DNA of 63,646 bases, counting the filler. It is 12 parts of 12 records of this genome, joined end to end, with 100 filler letters (N's around TTAATTAATTAA, not from the genome) between each part and the next. Parts side by side here need not be neighbours in the genome. Positions count along the whole stretch, not along the records: positions 20,843 to 25,099 come from SRR15195285_7783; positions 25,200 to 33,924 come from SRR15195285_7785; 10 more parts are not named here. The stretch is one strand, 5' to 3'. The translations under genes and the position numbers were made by a program. Shown here piece by piece: positions 22,002-32,487 of this stretch. The notes below the pieces were generated by a model, which worked only from the letters and a program-made list of their open reading frames with translations, was not told the origin of the DNA and did no database searches. Within the stretch, counting starts at the first letter, position 1. The number at the start of each line of letters is the position of its first letter.

Positions 22002-23165
22002 ATGGCGGCGTGTGCGTGGCAGGGGACGTGGCGCCGGCTGGGGCTGCTGCTTGTGCTAGCGCTGCTGGTATCCGAGCTGGCTGTGTTTGCGGATGCAGCC
22101 GGCAAGAAAAAGAAGACCAAGGCCACAAAGAAGACCAAGGGGCCGAAGAAGAAGGGCTCTAACAATAGGGCCGATAGTGTCACTGACATGTCAGAGAAAG
22201 CGATTGGCGTCGAAGAGCTAGACCACCTGGCTCGTGGTGTTGAGAAAAAAATCGGGGGGAAGCTCTCGAAGCTCGCGGGGATGAGTGGGCACGCGAGCTC
22301 AGCGTTGCCGAAACCTACGAGCGTTGTGCCGCAGGAGGCGATCATGGTGGCGCTGCTCCAAGCCAAGCTAGAGCTCAGCGGAACCGCATTCACCAGTACG
22401 CCAGGCGGCAAGACAAGAGCCCCAGACGTTCGCAACGCTGGTGCCACTGATAGTGACGGAAACAGCGGCGGCGCGCTGATGGTGTTTGCTGAAAATGGGT
22501 GGCACCCTGTGGCCCTCGGACTGGTTGGAAACTGGACGCGCCACGGCTTCCGCTGCCACGGCCATGCTCGGGACGACGCTCATGAGCCGAACGAATCTCT
22601 GACGACAGGATATGGCGGCGTCAATAACACGCTGGCTGAATGTCAGACGGCTTGCCGAAAGCTGCGTTGGTGCCACTACTACAGCTACCGCGCTGACGTA
22701 TCCGACACAGCAGTTGATAGTAGGGGCGGCGGCAGATGTGAGTTTTACTCCGCGCACCCTGTACCAATATCTCAGGTACTGGGTAGCCAATTATCTGTAG
22801 CCGACGACTCTATCGATCACGCCGGGCAGTCGACCAGTGGTGGCGTGAACTCAGACGGCAGCGAGTCTAGATCGACAGTAGAGCGGGACTTGGGCACACC
22901 AATCCAAGTCGATCGCTGCGTTGTAGACCTGAGTGGCTGCAGCCATCCAGACACACCGGACAGCAGCTGCCTCTACACGGCCGGTGAGAGCGCGGCAGAC
23001 CAACGTGCAGCTGCGGCTCAGAAGGTGTTTGGCGGGCAGCAAGCCGAACGTGCGATCAAACCGACGCCTGCAGAAGAGTTGGCGTTGGCGGCATCAATGA
23101 CGCAGAAAGAGCGTCTCGCGGCGACACTAGCACATTTTGGTACGTTCCATAGGCGGCGCAAGTAG
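22002..23165 (+). CDS. Secreted or membrane-anchored protein with a PAN/apple-like module
   Basis: Hydrophobic leader LGLLLVLALLVSELAVFADA, then a Lys-rich stretch; TLAECQTACRKLRWCHYYSY..GRCEFY is a PAN-like Cys pattern. Confidence 0.65.
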   Translation: MAACAWQGTWRRLGLLLVLALLVSELAVFADAAGKKKKTKATKKTKGPKKKGSNNRADSVTDMSEKAIGVEELDHLARGVEKKIGGKLSKLAGMSGHASSALPKPTSVVPQEAIMVALLQAKLELSGTAFTSTPGGKTRAPDVRNAGATDSDGNSGGALMVFAENGWHPVALGLVGNWTRHGFRCHGHARDDAHEPNESLTTGYGGVNNTLAECQTACRKLRWCHYYSYRADVSDTAVDSRGGGRCEFYSAHPVPISQVLGSQLSVADDSIDHAGQSTSGGVNSDGSESRSTVERDLGTPIQVDRCVVDLSGCSHPDTPDSSCLYTAGESAADQRAAAAQKVFGGQQAERAIKPTPAEELALAASMTQKERLAATLAHFGTFHRRRK

Positions 23166-23876
23166 CGCCCACTTGTGTATTTCGTTTTTGCCCGTCACTG
23201 CTTCGTAGGTTCATGTGGTAATTTCGCTCCTCATTCTGTTGTTTCGGACAGGGCTGCCGGTACCAGACGAGCTTTTCTTGTCATCGGGCTGCGCTGTTGT
23301 CCATCGGCATAACACCAAGACACAGACATCATTGTACAAGGCAGCGCTGAGGGCCGGTGGTTAAGCCTAGGCAGACGCACCTCTGTCTTAGATGGTAAGC
23401 AATCGGCCTGGGAGGTCGCAATGTTGTTGACGGAGCAAGCACCTCTAGTCCTCTGCAACTTCGCTTGTGTGCTAAACACGCGTATGTAACTGGAATCGCA
23501 TCGAACTAAGCTTGTAACCCAAATTCTCACAGATCAGTTGACTTTTTTCTCACTTTTCAACGAGCGAGAAAACAGTTAACTAACCTGTGAGATATTGTGT
23601 CCTTAGTATAGCGACATAAAAATGCTTTGCATAGCACCAAAAAAGCTGGCCACATTCACTCACCATGCAACATCATAATTTGTCAGAAGATGAGTTCAGC
23701 CATGGCGTTGCAAAGCGCACCTACGCCTAACACGGGATTGTTTGACAGCGGCCTACGGTTTATTCACAACGGGGTCATTGTTCAATACTAGATCTAGTAC
23801 CTGGTAGAGTCACTTTCTCATTCGACTAGCTTCTTGTCTTCAAGATGAGTAAGACTTCTTGATGCGCTTGCCCCTC

Positions 23877-24860
23877 TCACCCAAACTTTCGCTTGAGCTG
23901 CCTCGCAAGGGCTTGATCCAGCTCAATTCGCTCTGATAGAGCCACGAGCTTGCACACATTTGCAACCACACGGTTTGCTTGCGCCGTCTCTGTGGTGAGC
24001 TTGCTCATCAACGACTCAAGCTCGATGTAGTCTGCGATCAGGTCTTCGATCATGAAGGCCACGTCCTCTGGTAGCCGTTCACCTGCTTGTAGTGTGCCAA
24101 CGCGTTCCTGTAGCGCTTTGAGCTGCTCTTTGGATATTGCGCACTGAGGTTCCAGTTTGGCCTGCATCTCTTCGATCTTGGCATCCTTTGCCCCAAGCTT
24201 TGCCTCCATCTCCTCGCGTTGCTCTCGCATCATTTGGCGCTGTTGCTCGAGCAGCCTCTCGACCATCGCCGACGACTCGAGAGAGCTCTGCATAGTCACC
24301 ATCTGCATGCTCGAAGAGAAGCCTCCGTCGGCCGAGCCTCGCTCTGGTGCGTGAGCAATAGAGGTTGGAACCGGAGCTGACGCTGGTACCTGTGTTCGTG
24401 GTTGTGATGATGGTTCTGGATCCGGCGGTTGCGATGATGGTTCTGGAGCTGGTGGTGCTACAGCTTGCGCCACAGCCGATGCCGTAGTTGGCTTCTCCAC
24501 ACCTGCAGACGGAACTGCCTCGTGGATCATCGGCCGGCAACGGTCGCCAAGCTCGCGCGCCACCACATCCATCTGTGCCTCGAATTTAGCGTCGTCAAAC
24601 TCATTGTGCAGCTCATAGGCCTCCTTGTCTACAATATGCATGCCAAGCCAGCCTGTGGCGAGGTAGCCTGGTTGCACTAGCAGCGGAATGATGTCCACCT
24701 CCGACTTGTGCGCGTACATCGCCTCCAGTCGGCAGCTCGCGCTCTCCTTGTACTCGTTGGTGACGGCAATCAGCACAACGTCCGCTCGTTCGATGGCGCC
24801 CGCCACTACCTCAAGGTCTGTTCCCTTCATGTTCTCCTTGGCGATCCATGTATTGTACCC
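23877..24860 (-). CDS. TIR_2-type TIR domain protein with Pro-rich linker and coiled-coil C-terminus; 5' part missing
   Basis: GYNTWI..ENMKG..AGAIERADVVLIAVTNEYKESASCRLEAMYAH..IIPLL..GWLG; the first TIR strand and helix are absent and a CCCAG acceptor precedes GYNTW. Confidence 0.85.
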   Translation of the reverse strand, partial: GYNTWIAKENMKGTDLEVVAGAIERADVVLIAVTNEYKESASCRLEAMYAHKSEVDIIPLLVQPGYLATGWLGMHIVDKEAYELHNEFDDAKFEAQMDVVARELGDRCRPMIHEAVPSAGVEKPTTASAVAQAVAPPAPEPSSQPPDPEPSSQPRTQVPASAPVPTSIAHAPERGSADGGFSSSMQMVTMQSSLESSAMVERLLEQQRQMMREQREEMEAKLGAKDAKIEEMQAKLEPQCAISKEQLKALQERVGTLQAGERLPEDVAFMIEDLIADYIELESLMSKLTTETAQANRVVANVCKLVALSERIELDQALARQLKRKFG

Positions 24861-25071
24861 TGGGTCGGGTGTCGCCATGCACGGATGATGGTGGTCCTCC
24901 CTCGGATCGCAATCCATACACGCTCGACATTCAACAGACCTTCCGAAGGGTATGGCCAAAGGTCAGGCTGCTCACGATTCGTCACATATGTGGCGTCTCC
25001 CTTGGGAATCTCGGAAGTTCACCCGGACACGGCTGACCAAGATCTTTGCATCGGTCGTGATCAGCCTGGGA

Positions 25072-25099
25072 CACAGGGCACTTGGCCAAGTGCCCTGTG
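25072..25099. repeat. Perfect 28-bp palindrome at the contig end
   Basis: CACAGGGCACTTGGCCAAGTGCCCTGTG equals its own reverse complement. Confidence 0.95.
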
Positions 25100-26114
25100 N
25101 NNNNNNNNNNNNNNNNNNNNNNNNNNNNNNNNNNNNNNNNNNNTTAATTAATTAANNNNNNNNNNNNNNNNNNNNNNNNNNNNNNNNNNNNNNNNNNNNC
25201 TGTGAATCTATATGAGTTAATGCATTGATGAAATTGATGTGGGTAACACCTTAATATATAATTTATCCGTCACCGGTTTGCATTCGGCAAATCCGGGGAA
25301 GCATCCTTGATCGCCTGCCTGGGCCAGGGCGGGCCTCACGCTGGTCCCGGGTGCCTCTCTCGATCAGGCCTCACGCGCGTGGAGAACGGCCACCCGACGA
25401 GAATCACCAGTCAGAACCCCCCAGATTTCAGGATGTGCGAACAGGGAGGTATAGAACAGCTGTCCCGCGTCAGTCGGTCCACCAGACTTTTCAGTGAGTT
25501 CTCAGCACCCGGCGAGACTGCACGAAAAATGCGTTGGTCCTCGACGAAACACCCCTCGAGATTCACTATCAATGGGAACTTCCTACTCAGAAATTGGGTG
25601 TCGTTGTATTGAAATCACACTGCGCCCTGTATGCGAGCAATTCGGGATGAGTCAACCGCAGTGCTCTGCAATTCGGCAGTCAAAAAACAGGGCCTTCCCA
25701 ACTGCCATTCCCAGCCGTCAAGGAGAAGAAGCTGCTGGCCAAGGAGAAGGCGGAAGCGCTCCCGATCGTTAACAGCCACGTTGTTGGCAAGAGGTGGAAT
25801 CATAGTGCGTTTTGCTCTTGCTCTTGCGGAGCGTAGCGTAGCGTCCCGAAGAGGGCGTGCGCTCGAGGGGTCTTCCGGCTCGAGGCGAGGCGGTGCGGTG
25901 CTGCAGCGGGGTGGACAGGCGGAGCTGCGCCTTCCAGGCCAAACACACGGTGTAGGGCAGCCAGCCCCCTGCACACACCGTGTGTCTAGCACTGCTCCGC
26001 GCGGCGTGCGGTTTCGGAGCGCCTGGGGATCGGGAGCAAAGAGCGATTTTAGGGCTGGAAGACGGCGGTGGCGGAGGGCATATAGGGACAGCGGAAGGGA
26101 GGGGGGCTGCTGGG

Positions 26115-29100
26115 ATGCCAGGCAAGTCTGCGAGGCGGACGGGCGGCGGGCAGCACGCGCGGACAGGGTACGATGCAGCGAAGAAGCGGCGCGATGCTGA
26201 GGGGGCGCAGCAGGCGGCGAGAGCGCGCTCAGCCAGTGGCGTCAAGCAGTCGAAGCACGCGAGGACGGCGCGCTCGGGTGGGAGCGACGGCAGCCCAGCG
26301 CCGGTCGGGAGGGCGAAGGCGCCTGAAGCACAGCGGGAGTGGAACGATCCCATCTGGCAGGTCCAAGGGCCCGGCGACAGCCCCACGCCCGAAGACACGT
26401 TCGCCCTGCGCGTCGGACGCGTCCTGAAAACGTGTACTGAGAACTGGCCTGAGAATGCCAGAGAGCCGCCGCCGGACAAGAGCGCGTGCGAGAAGCAGCT
26501 GCAAAAATGCGCCGGCCACGCCGGCTTCGCCATCAGCGCGCTGCTGCCCCCTAGTGCTGCTAAGTCGAGCGTCACGGTCGAGGGTTTGAAGGACGAGGAC
26601 TCGCCCGTTCTGCCTGAGTTCATGGTACAGAAGATCAACGATCTCGGTACGCAGCTCGAGGCTCAGCAGAAGGAGTCCGAAGAAATCCATCGCAAATTCC
26701 AGATGGTCGACAAGAGCGAAAACGGGGTAGTCGACGCGAAGGAGTTTGAGACGCTGGTGCGGCAACTGGGCTTAGAGCTTACCGATGAGGAGATCGCGCA
26801 AGCATTCACAGACATCGATGAAAACAGAGACGGATCGATTGACGCGTGGGAGTTCGAGGGATGGGTTAAACAACTTGTGCGCCAGGACGCAAAATATGTC
26901 GAGGGCCTGAGTCGCATAGGGCGGAAAAGAGGATGGGCGAAGATCAAAATTCCACACGCAAGTATGAAGAAAAACGCTTCGGGGAGGCCGTCACGCACGC
27001 AGAAGTTCCTCGCTCCGAAGAAGAAGAAACTGAAGCCAACCGGCAGATACTGGCTGGAAGTTATCGGCAGCAGGCTCTCGATTTATGACAGCGAGGACAG
27101 AGTCGAGGAATTTGCACGACTGCAGCTCTCGGACATGGAGGTTGAAAGTGTCGAAGAAGAGGACCGACAAGCTGACGGATGGGGAGACGAATCTGGCAGC
27201 GAGAAGAAGGGCGCCTTCAATGCGGTTTCTTCTGCGGCTCAAACAGCGGTTACTGCTGCGAGTGCTGCGACGCATGGGTTGCTGCAACACAACGAGGAGG
27301 TCAGACGCACCGTTATTGCTCTGTATTTGCGACTAGAAGGGGGGGGTAGGCATCGGGTGGCAATCGACATCGAACCCGGAAACAGCAGGGAAAGCTCCGT
27401 CAGCTCATGGGTGCAGTCTATGCGTTTGGGGCTGTCTTACCAGGGCCGCCAGCGCAGCGCGAAGCAGCTGTGGGACAGCCTATCCAAGCGTTTGAAGTTG
27501 CTCGTCCAGATGCAGAAGCAGTACGGGGACATCCACGACATGTACGGCTATTCGGAGTCGGATTTCGCCGAAGTTCCCATTCCGAAATATATACGTGATC
27601 CAGACTCGTTGTTTTCAGGCTTCTGGGATCTTCTGCAGCTCGTCATGCTGCTCCTGGTATGTTACTATGTGCCACTTCGGACGGGTTTCGGAGTGACCGT
27701 CGAGCTCTGGTCGTACGATTTCTGGCAGGATGCAGTAATCGATATCTATTTCATCATCGATATTGTCATCCAATTCCGTACGGCGTACTGGAGCCGCTCC
27801 GGTGTCCTCGTTACTGACACAAGAAAGATCCGCAACAATTACTTGAAGGGATGGTTTCTGATCGACTTTGTCTGTGTGCTGCCACTGGGTTACGTCGGCT
27901 ACATCTTTAGTGGAGATGGCGAAAACGGGGGTTTCCGGGCAGTCAAATCTCTTCGCTTGTTGCGAATGGGGAAGATGATGCGGCTGGCCAAAGTTTACAA
28001 GATGCTTCAGAAATACGACAACGTCGCGGAGCTGAAGCCGCTCATTGCGATCTTTGGTCTGATCTTTTTGGTGGCGCTTGCCAGCCATCTTTTGGCATGC
28101 TTTTGGTTCTTGATTGGCGTAAACGACCAGGTGATGGTGCCAGAAAATGGGGATCCGTCGGCAGTAACTGTGCTGGAGGGGTGGGTGAACCAGAAGGCAG
28201 GAGACGATGCGTGGTGGGGGGCCAAGGGCCAGAACGCGACGCTCAAGACTCGCTATGTCACATCGATGTACGGCATTTTTAACGCGCTCGAGAACGGCTA
28301 CACTGACGATGAAAAGCTTTTCGCCATCTGTGCCGAGCTGATTGTCGGTTCTGTGATTTACGGCGGCCTGGCTGCTGTGCTCTCCGCCGCAATGATGGAG
28401 TCGCAGCAAGCTTCAGAGGAATTCAACACAAACTACAAGAAGTTGAAAACCTGGATGACCTCGCGAAAGCTAAAAGGCAGCTATCAGAACATGGTATTAA
28501 AGGCGTACAGCCATAAGTTCAAGGACTCAACCACATTCGATGAAGAGAAGCTGCTAGCGGACTTACCGCCAGCGATGGCATCGGGACTGATGGATAAGCT
28601 GTATGGCCAGTTCATCAATGACGTTCCCTACTTCCGCGGGCTGGACAAAGTTATTCTCATCAAGCTCGCGTCTTCGACAAAGCCCCTTACGGCGGCCAAA
28701 GAGTCGCTGATCATGGAAGAAGGCAAGGTCGGCCACGAGATGTTCATTTTGGTTGAGGGCGAGGTGATGGTTGAAAAGCAGGGAATCGAGCTGGGCTACT
28801 TCCGGAAGCCAGGGTCTTTCTTCGGCGAGAATCCAATCGTTGATCCACGTGGTACCGAACGCCGGACGCGAAGCGTGAAAGCAGTTACAGACTGTTTCTT
28901 GATCTACCTGGAACGGGACACCATCAATTCAATCGCAGATCAGTATCCAGAGCTGCAGGCGAGGCTCCGCCGTTTCCAACGCCTTGGGCAGCGCAAAAGA
29001 CGCGACCACGAAGCTGCTAAACTGGCGCTTGAACAGACTTTGCAACAAACTTTACATGAACCTGACAATGCCAGCAGCGGCGATGGCGGTGAGGACGCTG

Positions 29101-29628
29101 CTGGCGGTGTGCAGCCGAGCACACCACCAAGGGATTCGCCAGATGTTAGTCAAGCTCCAACGAGCCGTGGTTCTGATGGTGGTACAGCATTGCAAACACG
29201 GGAAACGGTAGAAGCATTGCAAACACGTGTTGGGCAGCTCGAGCGTAAGTGCAGCCTCATCATCCAATGGAGCTTCGTTTGCCACAATTCATGATAATCA
29301 CTTACGGCTTTCGTCAGCTCTCCGTTTTGGTTTGTCTTGACTGTTTGGATGAATATTGTACATGCTGCGCGCAGGCATGATGGCAGAGCGCTTCGACAAG
29401 CTAGATAACTTAGTCCAAAGCCTCCTTCAAGCGTCACGGGCAGGCACGAGCGGCGACGCAGACTCATCTAGACCTTCGTCCCCTGGAAGAGGCAGCGGTG
29501 GCCCCGCACTCGCATCCAGGCCGTCGACACCGCCTCGCGTTGCTTCGAGGGTCACAGCTGTGCGAAAGTCTCCGCGCGGCAAAATGCAGGCAGCAGCCTT
29601 CCTAGGATCCATGTCGCACCGAACGTAA
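26115..29628 (+). CDS. CNBD-family (KCNH/HCN-like) 6TM channel with N-terminal EF-hand pair and PH-like domain; atypical pore
   Basis: EF hands DKSENGVVDAKEF and DENRDGSIDAWEF; S1 WDLLQLV; NYLKGWFLIDFV; S4 RAVKSLRLLRMGKMMRLAK; S5 HLLACFW; C-linker; CNBD EMFILVEGEV..FFGE..RRTRSVKA; intron GTAAGT..GCAG at 29245-29374. Confidence 0.9.
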
Positions 29629-30240
29629 GTACAGCTGCCGCTTGCCCTGCGGCGTGGAGTGTTGCAGTTTTGTCGCTGGGTCAGACCCTGCCCCCGCCAC
29701 CGAGGCACTAACCGTAGCACGTTGCACGCACGCAGGGTATCGGCCGCTTCGCCTGGCGCCGTCACGCTGAACTTACAAGAGCACGTAGACGCAAAGAACG
29801 TAGATTAGGTGTGGCGGCCGGCGTTGATGGCTTTCTAGTATGAGAGCATGACGTCGTCGGAGACACGGCCCCACGCTGTCGAAAATTCATTGCCTTGCGA
29901 AAGCGTTCTAATTCTTAGTTGATATCGCCACTCGTAGCCCTCAGTCCTAGCTTCGCCGCCGGTCCGCCCAACGTCAGCCCCAAGGAACACCCTCAGGTTC
30001 TGTCATCGTCCTTCTAGCTAGCGATCGAGGTTCCTGTATATCGCGCGAGTATACCATTAATAGCATGACCTGGTATTCATAGTACCGGTAGGGGCCCAGA
30101 CCCACGGTATCACAATCTGCCGCGCCAGTCCGAATTCGAGTCGGCGCGCCCGGCGCGCCGCGCCGCCGCCGTTTTACGTACTCGATACGTACACCATGCA
30201 CTGCTGCACCGGCGCGGCGGCGGCCGCTCCGAGTCGACCT

Positions 30241-32439
30241 ATGAGCCCCGTGTTGCTGCCGCTGCTGGCGACTGTGGGCACAGTCACCAGCGATTACTAC
30301 ATCGACAGCAACATCGGCTCAGACTCCAACGCTGGCACTGCCGAAGGTCACCCCTGGCGGTCGCTGGCGCGCTTGAACAGTGCACACCTCGCACCCGGCG
30401 AGCAGGTGAAGCTCGCAAAAGGTGGTGTTTGGCGCGAGCGGCTGACTGTCGCAGGTGGTGGAAACGACACGCATGGGCCGGTGGTCTACACGAGCTACGG
30501 AACTCACTCCGACAACAAGCCGCTGCTGCTGGGCTCGGTGGCGGTTGAGGCAGCTGGCAACTGGACCGCAGTGCCTGGCGTGCCCGGTCAATGGCAAACT
30601 TTCCCGAAGCACCTGATTCCAGCAGCTGGGGCGACCGAACTGCTGCACAACGCTGGCTTCGCGGCCGGCAGCTCCTTCTGGGGCCTGTGGAACGAAAATC
30701 CTGAGGGATTCGCCCACGTCAGTGGCAGCGTGTACAGTGGTACAGCTGTTGTGCCACCCACTGCGTCGGGCGCCACGAAATCGTACCAGCTGACCTTCAA
30801 AGGTATGGCTGCTGAACCACAATCTTATACGCAATTTTTCGCACTGAACGTATCCGTCACTAGTGGGCTAAGCTACCGACTGTCATTCTGGGCCAAGTCA
30901 ACGGTAGATCTAAATGTCTCAGACATCTCCGTGTTTGCCATGAAGCCACCGTACATGCCATGCGCCCCAAACTCGGCGCCAGTGCTGTTGAAAGGCAGCA
31001 GTGGTACCGATGGTGGCTGGAACAAATACTCGGTGGATTTCTTAGCCACAGATACCTGCAATCGGCAGCTGGACAACCAGGGACGCGTCACGTGGTGGTT
31101 TCGAGCGGACGAGTCTACTGGAGGTCTGCCTGACAATGCGCAGGTTTGGTTTGCAGGCGCGACACTGAAGCACGTCGTGGAGGAGAACCCCAGTCGCGTG
31201 ACTTTCGAAGAAACTAGCGATGTAGGAAACCTTTTACTATTCTCTACGAGGGCATTAGGCCTGTATTCTGAGCCGGATCGTTACGGCTGGAAGATGTGGG
31301 ATCAGTCTGACGTGAAGAAGAACGGCGACTTCCACTTCGATCGCTACAGCAAACTCCTCACCACATTCTGCGACAAGGGTCCACCCCACGACTGCTGGCC
31401 AGGTGGAATAGAGGCGGCACTCGACATAACTCAGGTCAAAATGGACGGTGCCTCACACGTGGTTGTCGACGGCCTGGCTGTTTGGTTTGGGGCTGCCCAC
31501 GGCATCAACGGTGGGGGCGTAGACAGTGTCGTCGTACGGAACTGCGATTTCGCATGGATTGGTGGCGGGGTCTTGTCATATGATTTTCGCTCTACCGGCA
31601 AGCCCGTGCGTTATGGCAATGGTGTGCAGTGGTGGAACGGCGCTAGGAACATCGAGGTTTACAATAACAGGCTCTGGCAGATCTATGACACTCCACTGAC
31701 CAACCAAGGAGAAAATTGCGTGGCGGGGGGCGGAAGCCAAGAAGGCTGCGCGATGCGCAATATTTCCTACCACCACAATCTAGCGATCAACTCGGGAATG
31801 GCGTGCGTGGAGATTTGGTACTCTGACCCAAATGCGACGATGGGCGAAGTACGATTCGAGAACAACCTCTGTGCAAACATCGGCAACGGTGGGTGGTCGT
31901 CAGCGCAGCGTGAGGACCCAGCAGGTCGTTCTCTGTGTTTCTATCACAACTCGGCGAAGACTACTGCAGTCTCGATCCGCAACAACCTTCTCTACCAGAC
32001 TGTCGGGTTTGAAGCGATGGTCTACGTCTCCGATCGGTGGACGTTGTGGGCAGAGACGGAGCTGCAGTTCGATCACAATGCCCTGTTCAAGACGTCAGCC
32101 ACGCCGCCGCCGCCACCCCCGCACAACGGCAGCCTGGACGAGATGACAGATTATGTCAAACTGATCGGCGCGTCACCTATGCACATTCACTCCGTGGCAG
32201 ACTTTGCACAGTTCAGCAAGAGCCATGGTGGCTCGGGGAGAGCGACCATCTTCGCAGATCCAAAGCTACGGGGTGTGGCGCCAGTTGCAGGGAGCGAAGT
32301 CGACATGCAGAAGTTAACGCACGGCGGATTAGAGGCTGGATCACCGCTGAGAAGCGCAGGCGCTGTTGTGCAGTGGCCGGCTGACTTCAACGGAAAGCCG
32401 ATCCCCACGTCTTCGCCGTCTATCGGCCCATTTCAGTGA
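30241..32439 (+). CDS. Secreted right-handed beta-helix protein with an inserted CBM4/9-like jelly-roll module
   Basis: Signal peptide; YYIDSNIGSDSNAGT..PWRSL; ELLHNAGF..YRLSFWAKS (CBM-like); GAAHGI, VRNCDFAWIGG, RYGNGVQWW, IYDTPLTNQG; C-terminal DFNG..PSIGPFQ; single exon. Confidence 0.85.
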   Translation: MSPVLLPLLATVGTVTSDYYIDSNIGSDSNAGTAEGHPWRSLARLNSAHLAPGEQVKLAKGGVWRERLTVAGGGNDTHGPVVYTSYGTHSDNKPLLLGSVAVEAAGNWTAVPGVPGQWQTFPKHLIPAAGATELLHNAGFAAGSSFWGLWNENPEGFAHVSGSVYSGTAVVPPTASGATKSYQLTFKGMAAEPQSYTQFFALNVSVTSGLSYRLSFWAKSTVDLNVSDISVFAMKPPYMPCAPNSAPVLLKGSSGTDGGWNKYSVDFLATDTCNRQLDNQGRVTWWFRADESTGGLPDNAQVWFAGATLKHVVEENPSRVTFEETSDVGNLLLFSTRALGLYSEPDRYGWKMWDQSDVKKNGDFHFDRYSKLLTTFCDKGPPHDCWPGGIEAALDITQVKMDGASHVVVDGLAVWFGAAHGINGGGVDSVVVRNCDFAWIGGGVLSYDFRSTGKPVRYGNGVQWWNGARNIEVYNNRLWQIYDTPLTNQGENCVAGGGSQEGCAMRNISYHHNLAINSGMACVEIWYSDPNATMGEVRFENNLCANIGNGGWSSAQREDPAGRSLCFYHNSAKTTAVSIRNNLLYQTVGFEAMVYVSDRWTLWAETELQFDHNALFKTSATPPPPPPHNGSLDEMTDYVKLIGASPMHIHSVADFAQFSKSHGGSGRATIFADPKLRGVAPVAGSEVDMQKLTHGGLEAGSPLRSAGAVVQWPADFNGKPIPTSSPSIGPFQ

Positions 32440-32487
32440 CGTACTGGAATAGCTAGATGAACTTTGCCAATTGACCATGAATGTCAT

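Noticed and set aside
25200-25760. Non-coding stretch that might be a non-autonomous transposon
   Set aside because: No terminal inverted repeats, target-site duplication or second copy found in the window
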